Assembly (NCBI GenBank): GCA_030248215.1
Contig: JASANG010001409.1
Location: 62,001 to 126,000, forward strand
Reading direction: 5' to 3'
DNA: 64,000 nucleotides
Source: Enoplolaimus lenunculus
Taxonomy: Eukaryota
In this document: positions 1 to 13,499 of the stretch, piece after piece
Numbering within the stretch: the stretch's first letter is position 1
Layout: each line of letters begins with the position of its first letter
The notes under the pieces: model-generated
The model's input: the letters and a program-made list of their open reading frames with translations, nothing else
The model's database searches: none
What the model was told of the DNA's origin: nothing
Translations under genes and position numbers: made by a program

Positions 1-350
1 CTGTTAAGCATATTAATTCTTATCCGAAACACATACCGACAAGATATTGAAACAAGGAAGTAACTTGCAAATTAGACGGCAAAAAACTATGAGGGGGGAC
101 CACTATGGGTTCCACCTCGAGAGTTGAACTGAACTTCAATCTTTGGATGTTACATTCATCTCAACCCGGGTAATTCAGAAAATAGACGATAGCTTGGAGG
201 TTGGACGAATTTTAATTTTGAGTTGAGTCAAGGCATACTACCTATAGTTTCACTTAAGTCAGAGTGGCAAGCAAATAACCATTTGTATACCCGACATACG
301 GTAAAGTCTTTATAAAGACATGCTTCAAACTCTGGGACCGTTTTGGCCAA

Positions 351-3300
351 TTATCGTCGCCGAGTACCATCTTCAAAGAACACACCGCCATCCAAAGCAC
401 AATATTTCGGGCAAATACCTTTTTCGCCAGGATTACCAGGAGCACCAGGAGGACCCTGAAAATGTTTGAATTAATTTAGCTTTTACATACACTGTAAATT
501 CCCGTGAGTTGATTTTAAATCAGAGTTCAATCATTTAGTCTGAGTTAGGACTATCAGAACTCAGAATTCTGAGTTGATTCAACTCATTCTGATTTATTTG
601 ATCAGCTTCCATGGAATCAACTCAACTCTAGTGTAACAATCAACAAAACTCCTAGTGAGCTAAAATTTTATGATAACTCTAACTCAGAATAAGTTACTTC
701 AATTCAGAATTCTGAGTTGTACAAACACCTAATTCACAGCTCAAGCTTCTGAGTGGATTCAACTCATTCTGAGCTAAAATCAACTCACTGGAATTTACAG
801 TTAATATGATTTAATTTTTAGAAAGTTCGTCAAAATATTGGTTGAATCAATCAAAACGAAGAACCGGAACCGATTATGGAAGTAGGCTCCTGCTCCCCTA
901 CGATTGTGGAAGGGGCATACTTCGGCAGCCAGTTTTTTAAGTTTTATCTGTTGTTTCCTGAAAATCTTGAGAATTATTTCTTGAAATTAATTAAAATAAA
1001 GTTTATTCGTCATCAACTGTTCTCACAACTGACCTGCGGTCCAGGGTTGCCAGGTTGACCTGGCGCGCCAGGCGGCCCTGGCGGGCCTTTCGGACCTGGC
1101 GGTCCAGGTTGGCCGCTCGCACCAGGCCGGCCTGGCTGTCCTGGCGGACCAGGCGGGCCAGGATCACCCGGTTCGCCTGGATCGCCAGGAATCGGCTGTG
1201 AGCTTGGAGCAGGTTGGCCAGGATCTCCGGGTGGCCCGTCTGGACCTGGTCGGCCGGGAGCTCCTGGGTTACCAGGTGGACCTGGCGGTCCTGGAATCGG
1301 TGCACCGCCGTTTTGCCCAGGTTGGCCAGGAGGCCCAGCGTCACCTGAAACAAAATACAGAACCTGACTAGGTTGTGTCGCTTTTTGCCTAAAAATAAAA
1401 CTTGACCCTGAGGAACCATTTTGAATCTGTATAACATTTTTGAACCATTACGAAAAAGACCCTGCCGGGCGCGTATTCAAATAAATCTTTTCAGTCCGTC
1501 CCTGAGTTTTGAACTTCTAAGGGGCATCATTTGAACTTTTTTGCTGGTCGATATTAATTTTTAGGCTGTTTACCGGCCGAGACAGACAACATTGGGGCCA
1601 AAATCGGCCGTGAAAGTTTATACCAGTGACGTCGATCAGTGAAACCAAAGGTCGATTATGCTGCTCGACAAGGTGATGCAACAATCCTTATTTGGCATGA
1701 CGCAAAAGTGTACCAGCTCTCGTTGCGGTTTGGCCCGATGCTGAACTGAAACCTCAATGCATTCACTATACTATAGCGATTCAGCTTATAGCTTTAAATA
1801 GATATGTGAGTTGAAAATTTTAAACCTACTAACCAGGTGGACCAGGTGGGCCCGGAGGTCCTGGTGGACCAGGAGGGCAAACAGGACATGGAGCTGGTGT
1901 CGGAACGTTGCACGCACCATTTGGCGGGCGGCCAGGGTTTCCTGGCATACCAGGGGCTCCTGGTTTTCCCGGCCGCCCTGGTCGGCCCGGCGGTCCTGGT
2001 GGACCTGGAGGACCAGGCAAACAGCATCCTGAAATAAAAGCATAAATGGTTTTTAATTAGGCAAAATGTGGAAATATTGCTGTCCGCGAGAAAACGGGAC
2101 GCCATTAAGCGTTTTATATAAACAGCTTTAAGTTTACTGAAATATCAGGATACATCCAAGCGTCGAATATGGGGGCAGGTGGGCTCAGTGTATCTTTAGT
2201 GGCGGATGAACCATTTCTCGCTGGGAAATCCGAGGCAGACAAACCCCTCTAACCTCCATCGTTCTCTTACAGGTAGAGGCGGATCCAAAAATTTCTGACG
2301 GGGGGGGCTGGCAAATGTTATAAAAAGCACAACTTTTAAGGCAGAGACCTTATCATTTTATCACCAAAAAATTCTCTGAGATTTCACAAGCGAAGCGAGC
2401 GAGCAACCAGCAGAATTTTGGGTATTCCAATACCAAATATTAATTTTTGTTTTTGTGGAAAGTTCATGTTGAGAATTACCTATTAATATTAATATGCACT
2501 ACGAATATTCATGACAAAAACGGTTAAATCTCATTATGAAATTACGTTTTCTGGGACGCTTTTGGTGGTGGGATCGTAATTTGTTTTCTTGAGTATCATT
2601 TCAGGTAAAGTTTTAAACGTAAACTAAGAAAAGCGTGATGGTCGAAGCGAATAAGAAGCCAGATCGAAGCGAACAAGAAGCCAGATCGAAGCGAACAAGA
2701 AGCCAGATCGAAGTGAACAAGTAGCCAGATCGAAGCGAACAAGAAGCCAGATCGAAGCGAACAAGAAGCCAAATCGAAGCAAACAAGAAGCCATATCGAA
2801 GCGAACAAGAAGCCAGATCGAAGCGAACAAGAAGCCAGATCGAAGATTACTTTACTGTTAGAATGTTTGCATTGTTGTTAAAACTACTTAACGTAATTAT
2901 TTTAAAACGAGATGCCGTCTCCAAAATCGAAGCAGACAACCCCCAGTTTTATAATCGGGGGCTCGTGTTTCGGCTGTCGCAACTGTCATGAAACAGCTTA
3001 ACACTTGAAACCAAATTGCACTTACATCTACGAATATTAGAGATTAGGCTTAGAATTTTGCTCTAGGTTAATCTTAGACTTATAGTTAGGCTTAGATTTT
3101 AACTTGGACTTGTGGTTAGGCTTTCTCTTAGGCTTAAGCTAAAACTCTGGCTTCAGCTAAAACTGAGGCTTTAGCTATATAGTGAGACTTAAATTTAAGC
3201 TTAAACTCGGGTTAATTTTAGGAAGAGCATATATGTAAGCGCAAGCCCGGGATTAATCAAAACGTCGGCTTTAGGGTTTTGCTTAGTATTAGGGTTCCGA

Positions 3301-6096
3301 GTTCGTATGCATACGCGTTATTTGGTGTGGGTGCTTTCGATTGCAATAAAGCATACCTGCACAAGAGCCACCGCCGGATGTAATTCCTCCAGTTCCGTAT
3401 CCGGTTTGACGCCTTGTTCGATTTGAAGCACTTTCAAACGGTACAGTCTTGAAATAGTTGACTTCGGTTTGTATACTGTCTGCTGAATTCTAAAAAACAA
3501 AAAAATAACATTTTAAATCATTATATTTTTCAATTTTTTGGCAGATCTTGTTACTAGTCTGGTTCGGGCCCGTAGCCAAGGGGGGCCAAGGTGGGAGGTT
3601 CAGCCCACCCCTGGAATATTTTCAACCTTGCTTGTAACTCATTGAAAACCCTTTAATGCCCCTCTTGAACAATTTTAGCCTCCTAGCAAGGTCACCTGAC
3701 TACAGGCCTGGTCTAGTCACTTGGTTAATATCGCCTGTTGTTTTTGTGAAACATTTTTTGCTGGAGCTTGTCTTGTCTAGCTAGGCCCGTAGCTAGCTCA
3801 CCTTGTAAGGGGCGGGGGCTAAAAATGTTCTGGGGGGGGGAATCCAAGGGTTTTCGTTGATTTACAAGCAATGTTGAAAAATTTTTCAGGGGGGGCCAAA
3901 ATTTTTCCACGGTGCCAAACTTTTTTCCATGGGGCCAAAATTTTTTCATGAGGGCTAAGCCCCCTGGCCCACTTTCCTGCCTATGGGCCCGTGTCCGGCA
4001 CGAAGCTTTAACCGAAATTAGGTTTAACTTCAAAAACAATTTAGAAAATTCCGATTGGTTAAGATTGGTTGGATCAAGCAGGATATTTGAAAGTTGAACC
4101 AAACAAAATAACATTTGATGGAATGCTGGAATGAAACCGCTGTCACATGTTATTGGCTAATACTAAGGCTTCAGATCAGAGCACATGAGTGGGTAATTTT
4201 TGCATTAGGGACAGTTTTTATTAATATTTTGTTTTGGTGCATGGTGTATGTAGGTAAACTATCGGTAGCGGGTATCCGCGGGTAAATGTTTGTCGGGTAA
4301 GAACGAGTTTGACGTGGGTATACCCACAGGTACAAAATTTCAAAGTGAGCGTACAAATTTGTTAATCTTTACCCGCGTAAAATTTTCATAACAAACTTGA
4401 AACCAGATAACGTAGAAAAACTTGAGTGTTTGAACGGTTTTTACCGTATTAGAGCACAATAAAGTATCGAGTAACAGCAATGCATTGTAAAATTACGCAA
4501 TTGTATTGAACGCAGAAGAAAATATAAGCGCGGGTAAACGCGGGTAACGACAAAGAAATTTTGCGCGGGTTAACGCGAGTAACGGGTAAAAAATTTTGCG
4601 CGGGTTAACGCGAGTAACGGGTAAAGAAATTTTGCGCGGGTTAACGCGAGTAACGGGTAAAGAAATTTTGCGCGGGTTAACGCGAGTAACGGGTAAAAAA
4701 ATTTTGCGCGGGTTAACGCGAGTAACGGGTAAAGAAATTTTGCGCGGGTATGCTCGCGGGTAACAAAATTAAAATTTCCGCCGCTAAAGAGCAGCGCGTG
4801 TAAAAAATTTTATCCCACTTACACCTCTGATCCAAATACCGATAACGGTGTGAGTGGTCTTCACCGCTAATCCCTCATCGGTAATGACAAAGCCGGGGAT
4901 GACATACCTGGGACTTTAACAGTGAGTTAAAGTTTACTGTTATTAACTCAGAAATAACTAAATTTCCGTCTGAGTTGATTGATTAACGCATTGGAATTTA
5001 CAATGGCTCCAGTTATTATTTTGCTACGGCTACGCTATAGGAATGAATCTTTCAAGCCACGTTGTGTTAAGGTTGTGTAAAATTTAAATTGACACAACTT
5101 TAACATGTGACAGATTTCATTTGGACGATATTTTTTATTTTTAACTGCAGCCGTTGCAAATTCCGGTGAGTTGATTAATCAAGTCACAGAACGAATGAAT
5201 CATTTCTGGTTATTTCTGAGTTTTAATAACAGAATTCAATTATAGCCAAGAGTGCATGATACAAGAGTGTGCAACTGTTGCGGTTTCGCACGGTACAAAA
5301 TGTACCACCGGGTGTTGCGTTTTTGGTTTACCTCCCTTGTTTAGAGAGGGGTCGTTGTCACATGCGGCCACTGTAAAGAATAGGGGCGGAACATTATTTT
5401 AAGCTTATTCCTAAGCCTAAGCTTAAGCCTAAGCCTAAGAGATGCCAAAATTTAGTCTGAAGCTTAAGCTTGCTCTATTGCAGTCCCACAGAAAAACTTT
5501 CCGCACCTGATGTTTTACATGGGCCTCCCATGCAATAACCCTAATTTAAATTTTAAGCACGTTTTTGATGTGGGATACATAAAGTGTCATGGTTCGCATA
5601 GCTTGTACTCTCCCTCTAAATAAAGAGGGGGGTAGGCCAAAAACGCAACGCGTGCCGGGTACAGTGTTTACTAGCCAGAATGTGCCCAGTTGCATACTCT
5701 GGTTGAAATGTGCATCATCCACTGTGGGAATAATTCAGAATCAGTTCAACCAATTCAAAATTTTGGGTTCTGGATAACCTAATTCAGACTTGGAGTATAC
5801 ACGGCTCCAAATACAGATTTGACTATCAATATAGCACAAAGCGGTATTTCAGTCAACGAATGATTGAACTGTATTACAGGCAAAAAATATGTTATTACCT
5901 TACAAAATGACATTTCGGAATACATTTGACGGCGTACATGTCGCATATAATTGTATACCATAGGCAACGTAATGCAACACGATAATACTGCAATTACGCT
6001 AAACGTAATTGCAGAATATGCAACAAATTTGTACGCTTTATAGCGGGTTTCGTAACCAGAAGCTTGCAAGTGAACGCTTCTATCATCGACACTCAT
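351..6096 (-). CDS. Nematode cuticle collagen, complete, 5 exons: 6096-5899, 3489-3357, 2028-1834, 1344-1034, 455-351 (942 nt, 313 aa)
   Basis: Exon 1 MSVDDRS...[46 protein letters not shown] is the Col_cuticle_N region. Exon 2 [10 protein letters not shown]...[11 protein letters not shown]...GGSCAG contains the RxRR processing site. Exons 3-4 read CCLPGPPG...[11 protein letters not shown] with Gly-X-Y blocks. Exon 5 reads [34 protein letters not shown]. All four introns are GT-AG with matching phases (0,1,1,0). Confidence 0.96.
490..801. mobile_element. Palindromic MITE family C (TIR CACTGTAAATTCCAGTGAGTTGATT); other copies ~15491-15840, 15935-16183, 16200-16298, 29626-29873, 34000-34250, 36189-36440, 37230-37451
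   Basis: Matching termini CACTGTAAATT...AATTTACAGTG, often TA-flanked. The interior is built from AACTCA/TGAGTT motifs. Confidence 0.85.
2641..2847. repeat. 22-bp tandem repeat ATCGAAGCGAACAAGAAGCCAG, ~9 copies
   Basis: Direct reading. Confidence 0.92.
4528..4762. repeat. 35-36-bp tandem repeat GCGCGGGTTAACGCGAGTAACGGGTAAAGAAATTTT, ~6 copies, inside a probable TIR element (~4177-4829)
   Basis: Direct reading. The outer inverted ends are CAGAG..GAGTGGGTAATTTTT and AAAATTTTATCCCACTTACACCTCTG. Confidence 0.85.
5041..5197. repeat. ~157-bp dispersed repeat with an inverted paralogue at ~54538-54699
   Basis: GAATGAATCTTTCAAGCCACGTTG...AATCAAGTCACAGAACGAATGA matches the reverse complement of 54538-54699 throughout. 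Confidence 0.8.
5366..5525. mobile_element. Telomeric-repeat MITE family A copy nested in a CAAGAGTG element
   Basis: GGCCACTGTAAAGAATAGGGGCGGAAC...TTCCGCACCTGATGTTTTACATGGGCC. TSD TCACATGC/TCCCATGC. The empty site is seen in the paralogue at ~30400-30420. Confidence 0.88.
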
Positions 6097-6113
6097 AATT
6101 GAAGATAAATTGA

Positions 6114-6120
6114 CTGGAAA
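6114..6120 (-). promoter_or_regulatory. Candidate SL trans-splice (or 5'UTR intron) acceptor TTTCCAG, 17 nt upstream of the collagen ATG
   Basis: Minus strand reads TGATTTCCAG|TCAATTTATCTTCAATTATG. It resembles the nematode TTTTCAG acceptor; use is inferred only. Confidence 0.4.
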
Positions 6121-7458
6121 TCAGGTTATGATTTATGTTGGTTTTCTTATTATTTGTAATTTTCTATATTTTCTAAAAGTAAATAATTTGAACCAAATAT
6201 TGAGGAGAATTATTAATACAGTAAGACTCGTCAAGTTTGTTTCGGACAAATGGGAAAACGTGACAGCTGTAAATTTTCGCTGGGAAAACGGAACAATGGG
6301 ACATGCCTGTTTCGGGCAAATGGGAAAACGTGACAGCTGCAAATTTTCGGTAGGGAAACAGGAACTATATATGTCCGCAGGTAAAACGAGAAACGGGACG
6401 TCAATATTTTTTGTTGAGATTGATTTTATTATGGGGTTGCCGCCTCCAACCCCCCCCCCCCCGTGCTAAGTTATGTTGCTAACCAATCCACAAATAACTG
6501 CAACAATTGAACTTAAAATTTTAGTTTAGTTAGTCCATCGAGCCGGCTAAGTTTTACTTAAATTCATATCTAAGCAAAAAATTAGTCTAAAGCTTAAACT
6601 GACTCTATTACAGGTACTCCGGAAAACGATCCTGTCCTGTTCAAGACGTGGGCCACGTCAACTGTCGATATGGCGTTAGAAAATTCTACAACAACACAAA
6701 CATCGGGAATTTTGTAAAAATCATAGTTTTCTAGGTTGGGCGACTCGAACTAAACCGCAGACTGGTAACTGTTTGTTGTCACGAAAGGTGTGATTTCAAA
6801 ATATTAAGACAAAAATTATACAAAAATATGAAAGTTTAAATTGTTTAAAAACAATGATGTGATTTTAAGTAAAAAAAGCAATAAAAAAATGACAAAAAAC
6901 AGAATCAATCGATAATAAGAGCAGTCGCTCTGAACGTTTGCCTATACGTATTATCAGTTTGACGAAACAGACAAGAACAAGAAGAAATTTTTAACAGAAT
7001 CAACGCTCTATAACTATTCATCTTTAATAAAATAAAAAATAATAATAATAGAAATTTTCTCAAATCTAAAAAATAGCAAATAAAAGTTAAAATTATGAGG
7101 ATAAGAAATATGAACGCGGAAACAGCCAAAAAGTTTTTAGCCAAAAAAAAACAATAATGAATATACTTGAATAATTGTGATTTTAAAGATTGTCGAATGT
7201 TAAAAATTAGTCTCAGCTGAGAAAATACTTTGATGAGGCTATTACCATGGAAAAATTTAAAATCAATCATCCACGAGCAGGTATGGGCTCTAAAATTTGA
7301 TTAGAATCAGTTGAAAAATCAGTCGTACAATTGCCAATTTTCAAACAAATAATTATTTTTATTGTAATTTTCTAACAATTATAATAACTTTATGAAATCA
7401 GCATTGACAAAAGTCAAACCAATATATATTTGTTGCGTTTACAGGATATAATGATTTA

Positions 7459-8212
7459 GGTCCATGTTACTTTTAGGGGCGTCCCGGTTTGTGGCGGGTC
7501 TGTAAAAGAGTAGGCTTACATTCTAGACATTTTTGCTTAGGTTTAGGCTTAGGCTTAGGCGTACGCGTAATACGCTTTTGCAACGCTTAGGCTTAGGCTT
7601 AGGCTTAGGGATACGCGTAATCTACTGTTATATTCCTAAAAGTAACATTGGCCATGATTTGTTTACCTACAGAACCCACCATAATTGAAAATACTAACCA
7701 GGGTTCAGCAAACTGTTAGCCAGCTCACTTCTCTAGGGAAGCTAAAAATTTTTTAAGATGGGCTGGGCATACAAGGGTTTGCGTTGTCTTACAAGCAAGA
7801 TTGAAAATTTTCTAGAGGGGCAGATAAAATTTTTCCAAGGGGGAATAAGCTTCTCTTGGACTTCTTTTGGCAACGGACTCGGTGGGCAAATTATTTTAAG
7901 CCATACAGTCAATTATTATAAACCATGGAAAGCCAGTTTTACAGGCGTCCAGATTAACCTAGCGAACGCAGCAAAATAGGTTTGCTATTTAATATTTGAA
8001 TCATTAGGCTATTATTATTCTGGCCCATGTTACTTTAAGGGGCATCCAGGTTTCTGGTTGGTCCATAAAAGAATAAATTTAGATTCTAGACTACATTTTT
8101 TTGCTTAGGCTTAGGCTTAGGCTTAGAAATATATTTTTGCAACGCTTAAGTTTAGGCTTAGGCTTAGGAATACGCCTAATCTACTGTTACGCCCCTGAAA
8201 GTAACATTGGCC
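7459..8212. mobile_element. Telomeric-repeat MITE family B copies (7459-7653, 8022-8212)
   Basis: TIR GGCC(C/A)ATGTTACTTTTAGGG...CCTAAAAGTAACATTGGCC with internal GCTTAG repeats. TSD ATGATTTA/ATGATTTG at 7459. Confidence 0.85.
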
Positions 8213-8844
8213 TCTGATGCTTAAGCATGGCCAAACAATGGGGTCCAGGCTAGTAAATATCCTTTTGGAGTAAATAGCGTCCTGTTTGAGAATGCCAACC
8301 TGATTAATTGTCTCCAACAGCATATAGCGTTATAGCTACAACTATATAACTGTTTGAACTCAAATGCATTTAACTCAACTTAAACAGGCTGTTAATTAAT
8401 CTTGTAATGGGATAAAATATACAAAAAATACTTCAAATCTAATGCTATTGGCCGACAAAAATTTCAACGCCGACTGAAACATTCATATCAGTTTTGGATA
8501 GTAAAAAAACTCGACGTGTTTTACAGCTATACTTAAAATAGGTACTTATTATTAAATTGACAAATTTTAATGGTACTCTTGAAATTTCGTATCACAATTC
8601 ACCCCCCCCCCCCCGCCCAAGATTCCGGTGTACGTTCTGCGTTTGAGTGAAATTCTCGCAGAAAAACCAACCCAGGCTCTCGACTGCGCCACATTCGAAT
8701 TGTTTTAAACGCGACATTTGACACAGAAATTTATAAACAACGCAAATTTTTCTCAATGAAATTTTGCAATTTTGCGCGCACAACAAGAAACTAAAAACTG
8801 TTTTAAGTATTACAAAATGATTTTGACGGTTAACAAAATCATAC

Positions 8845-9010
8845 ATATAAATAAATACATAAATTTATATATTATATAAATATATATAAAATATATATAA
8901 ATATATTATAAATATATACATTTATATTTATACATATATGTATATATATACATATAAATATAAGTATGTATATATATATTATAATATATATATATATGCA
9001 TATATATATG
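8845..9010. repeat. (TA)n-rich low-complexity tract
   Basis: Direct reading. Confidence 0.9.
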
Positions 9011-9828
9011 AATGTCAAATTTGTAGGACAAACGCATTTATTGCGTTTTCTTATATAAATGATTTCGAGAAGGGGGAACTGTAAAAAGTCGAAGTCGAGT
9101 AGTGTTTCGATTGCGTTTAAGTGGCACTGAAAAATGTTTTGAAATTTATAATCACAATTTTATTTTGCAATTTTATGGTGCGGAATCACGAATTTAACCT
9201 AAATTTTTGTGAGTATTTGAATTACGGAAAATTTTCTCGTTGCTCAGAGTAGCAAAATATTGAAATATCGCCGCCTTTGAAATAATTTCCGTCATTTTCT
9301 CTGTTTAAACTTTAGAAATACGGTGATGGTTTGGCGTGTTTGCACTGAAATACAATCGTTGTGTATTGAAAATAGGTCAATATTAAGTTTAATAGAAACT
9401 CCTTCAAGCGACCATAAGGATGTCAAAAATACCGGAAACGGAAAACGGATATTAAAGAGCGTTATAGACATTAGCGGAAATGAAATTAAAACAGAATTTC
9501 TAAGACAACTTAGTTTTAAGCTTTAGGCTCAGGTAAGGGTTAATAATTTTTGCCGAAATGGCTTTTAAAAAGCTACTGGTTGAAAATCATGCGTTTGAAA
9601 CGACGCCTTGTAGAAGTTTTATCAAAGGTTTAAGATTAGGCAAACATGCTTAATTTACTGTTACGCTCCTAAAAGTAACATTTGCCGTTTGTATAAACAA
9701 TTTCTTATTCCAGCGCTTGTTTGTTGTTCTTTTTTGCTTTTAGTGCACTTATCGTAAACGTACGCTGACGACAAGAAAGATTTTTCTTGCAATCAAAAAT
9801 AAGACGAAATCCAAGTTAGAGCAATTTC

Positions 9829-9938
9829 GGCCAATGTATAGAACAGGGTAGTAACAGTGGTATAAAGAATATTCCTAAGCCGATTACTCTTCTGCAGTCA
9901 CACAGAAAAACGTTCCGCTCCTGATCTTTACGTGGGCC
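9829..9938. mobile_element. Telomeric-repeat MITE family A, minimal (~110 bp) copy
   Basis: Same TIRs; TSD GCAATTTC/GCAATTTT; only one CCTAAGCC remains inside. Confidence 0.8.
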
Positions 9939-10816
9939 GCAATTTTGATGTGATGAAATTTTTAACAAAGAACTGCAAACTAAACAGTAGCCACCAGATG
10001 TCAAAACGGTTGGTAAAAATAAGGAAAACGGACAAGGATATTTACTGGAAACGAAACGGATATCCGGTTATACCATGGCAGCGACGTTATCAAAAATGGT
10101 GATCCCAATTAAACCTATGATAAACTCACTGACAAATTCAAATTGAACTCGGCTCTGCCGGGGCTGTGTGTACTGTAGTGACCCGAATAAGAAGGGTCCT
10201 GTTTTGAGTTCCGACCAATAGAAGTCCGTATCACTGATGAGAGTCCGTAAATGGATAGTCCGTGACACTAATTAGAGTCCCTACACCGTTAGAATCCATA
10301 AATGTCAAATATCCCTAATTGTAGTGCATAAATGATTCAAGGACGAAATAATGTTGAGTTCGAAACTTTAAGCCATACTTAAGTTTTGGAGGTACATTTC
10401 TACAGTCCGTAACCTAATTACAGGTGAGGTATCCTCTGGCGAGGCCAAACAAATATCAGTCCTCCCTCTTATTCGGGTCACTACAGTACACTCTGCGAAA
10501 GTCGCTCTTGATTTGTGTTGGAGTTAAATTTGTTTAAGAATAAATGTTTTATTGACATCAGAGTTGAATTTTAGGCGACTGAGTTTAATTTGACTCAAGA
10601 AATCTCAACCATTTGAGTGATATACTTAACGGTAGCGATGTTCAGTTCTTGCATTAAATATAATTTACATGTATGCAAGTTTTTCCCAACTGGAATTTGC
10701 AGTTGCAAGTTGCAGATGTAAGTTCTCGCTGCAAAAACTTAACGGACTTCTTAGATTTTCTCTCAATGACAAAAAATATAATACAGCAATACGGGATCCT
10801 TCTGAGCAACGAAGTT

Positions 10817-13291
10817 GGGTCCCAGGACGCGGACCGTTTTTCTGTGGGACTGCAATAGAGTGAACTTAAAGCTTTACACGAATTTTGTTTCGCTTAGGCT
10901 TCTAGCTTATTCTTAAGCTTACGGTAAGGCTTCGATTTAGGTTTCGGAATATGCTTATACTACTGTAACGGCACTTTTCTGTACATTGGGCCGAAGTTGC
11001 AAAAAACAATTTGTTAAATTTCGATTGTTTCGTTGCTAGGTTAACCGCAATAATTGACTAACCTACCTTTGGGTGCTTTTGGTTTAGCAAATTTCGACAT
11101 TTTGCCGTCTTGGGCCAATGCATAGATGAGACATGGGGACCGTATTAGTAATGTATAAGCATATTTCTAAGCCTTAACCTAAACTTCATCGGAAGAATAA
11201 GCATATTTCGAACTTAGTCTAAAGCCTAAGCAACAAAATAGTCTAAAGCTTAAGCTTACGTCCCGCTGAACACGGTCGACTCGTCAGCTATACATGCCCC
11301 CCATTTTGTTTGGATTTTAAAATTATAAAAAACGGATAAGCATATTCCTAAGCCTTAAGCCTAAGCCTAAACCTAAACCTAAGCACAAGAATGAGCATAT
11401 TCGTAAGCCTAAACCTAAGCCTAAGCTTAAGTCTAAGCATGAGAATAAGTATATTCCTATTAGCTTAAGCCTAAGCCTAAGACAAGCAAAAAAATTAGCC
11501 AAAACCTTAAGACTCTTTTGTAGTCTCACAGAAAAACGTTCCGCCCCTGATCTTTGCATGGGCTAAAAAAGTATGTCGTCAATGTGCCATGTGTGACAAT
11601 TTAGAATCGACAACTTTTTTAAAATATTTTTCAAATTTCAAATGACAAACACACACGCAAACGTTGGTTTACTGGAAATACAATGAAAATGCTGGGCAGT
11701 TTTGAGTTTTACTGCAAAATTTTATGCAATTTCGATACGCTTTTAAAGAAATTATATCGCAAAATTGATATCTTCAGGGGTGTAGAATGTTACTTGTATA
11801 TGAACATGATAATGTTTCATATGTTCCCAATAAAATAATCACACATATATACATGCATACATACACACACATATATATAATGTATATTATATATAATGCA
11901 TGAATAAGAATTTTAAAGTGACCTATAAATCATGGGGGGTGGTTTGTAACGCTCAAATAATGAATTCTATTCGAAAACTTATCTTATATTCATGAGGCTG
12001 GCTGTAGAAGTGTTATTATTATTATTATTATTATTATGGACATATGTGAAAAATTTCCCATCGATTCTGCTGATGTGAACATGAAAAAATATACAAGAAA
12101 TACATTTTTTGACAGGGTATTTTGTACAGAAAAATACACGGAAATTGGCGAAACTTTTGAATAGGGAAGTGTTGTTGTATTTTGTATTTATACAACAGTT
12201 TGTGACGCTGAAAAGAACAGAGTAAACAAACTTTGTCCGACACAAAATTTTTGAATATTCAGTTTCTTTTTTAAATTTTCACAATTTCAAGGGGCGCAGG
12301 TAATTATTACTAAAGACACAGTTGGCTGGCAAGGTGTATATCTCCAGCAGTCAAGCGTGGCAACAACGTCTTTTGATTATTGAAAATATATTCTTGTTTG
12401 TAAGTGTAAAGTTTTCTATGCAAAATTCTACAATACATTGAGAATATTAATATCATCGAGGGATAGAAACATTTATACGTTAAAATGGTATTAATGGACC
12501 GGGCCAATGTAAAGAACAGGGGCGGAACAGTATTATAAGCATATTCCTAAGCCTAAGCCTAAGCCGAGCAAAAAAATTGGTCTAAAGCTTAAGCTTACTC
12601 TATTGCAGTACCAAAGAAAAACGCATCCTCCTAAGCCTAAACCTAAACCTAAGGCATAAACCAAGCAAAAAAATTAGTCTAAAGCTTAGGCTTACTCTAT
12701 TGCAGTCCCACAAAAACGTTCCGCTCATGATCTTTGCATGGACCATTTTAAGCAATTTGCAATTAGATTATGAAAGCCATTCCGTCGTCGTTTAACATTT
12801 ATTACAAGATTTATGTTAGCAATTATTACTGTAAATAAGTGGTGATAATTAGCTGTGTTTTAATATTTCAATATTAACAAAATAGCACCAAATGATATTT
12901 ACAACAAAATGAAACTCAGCAGGATAACCTGCTACATAAATACCTAAATCTGGTTGCAAATAAATGCTGAATTTGAATAATTTGAATATACTAAAAAATA
13001 GGCAAATTATTGGTATACAGTAACCCGATTTGTATATGTCTTCATGAACGATTCCGTTGTACCCTTGTAACATCTCAAGTTGTTGAACCAAAATGGCCAA
13101 TGTAAAGAATAGGGGCGGAAATTATTATAAGCATATTCCTAGCTTAAGCCTAAGGTTAAATCTAAGCGTAAGAATGAGCATATTCCTAAACCTAAGACTA
13201 AGCCAAAACCAAGAAAAAAATTAGTCTAAGGCTTTAGCTTACTCTATTTTAGTTTCAAAGAAAAACTTTCCGTCCCTGATCTGTATGGGCC
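10817..13291. mobile_element. Cluster of family A telomeric MITE copies (10817-10993, 11112-11564, 12502-12744, 13095-13291)
   Basis: All share GGCCAATGTAAAGAA.AGGGGCGGAA-like ends, CCTAAG arrays and the AAAAAATTAGTCTAAAGCTTAAGCTTACTCTATTGCAGTC block. The 13095 copy has TSD ACCAAAAT/ACTAAAAT. Confidence 0.85.
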
Positions 13292-13499
13292 ACTAAAATA
13301 AATAGTAGAAATCGTATTCGCCGAAAAGAATTACGTTTGAATTCTATTTTTTATATTTCTATGGTTAGATTTATACTTATAAAAAGTGTACAATTTTTAG
13401 ATTGAATTAATTTGAGTTCTCATGTTCTAAAAATTCCTGTGCTTTTCGTATACGTACAGCTGTACAATGCTTGACTGTATTAAGCAATTTAGTGAAATC

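Noticed and set aside
1003..2105. Several ORF-track proteins over the collagen exons
   Set aside because: They are wrong-frame or antisense reads of Gly-X-Y coding sequence; only the GPP frame is real.
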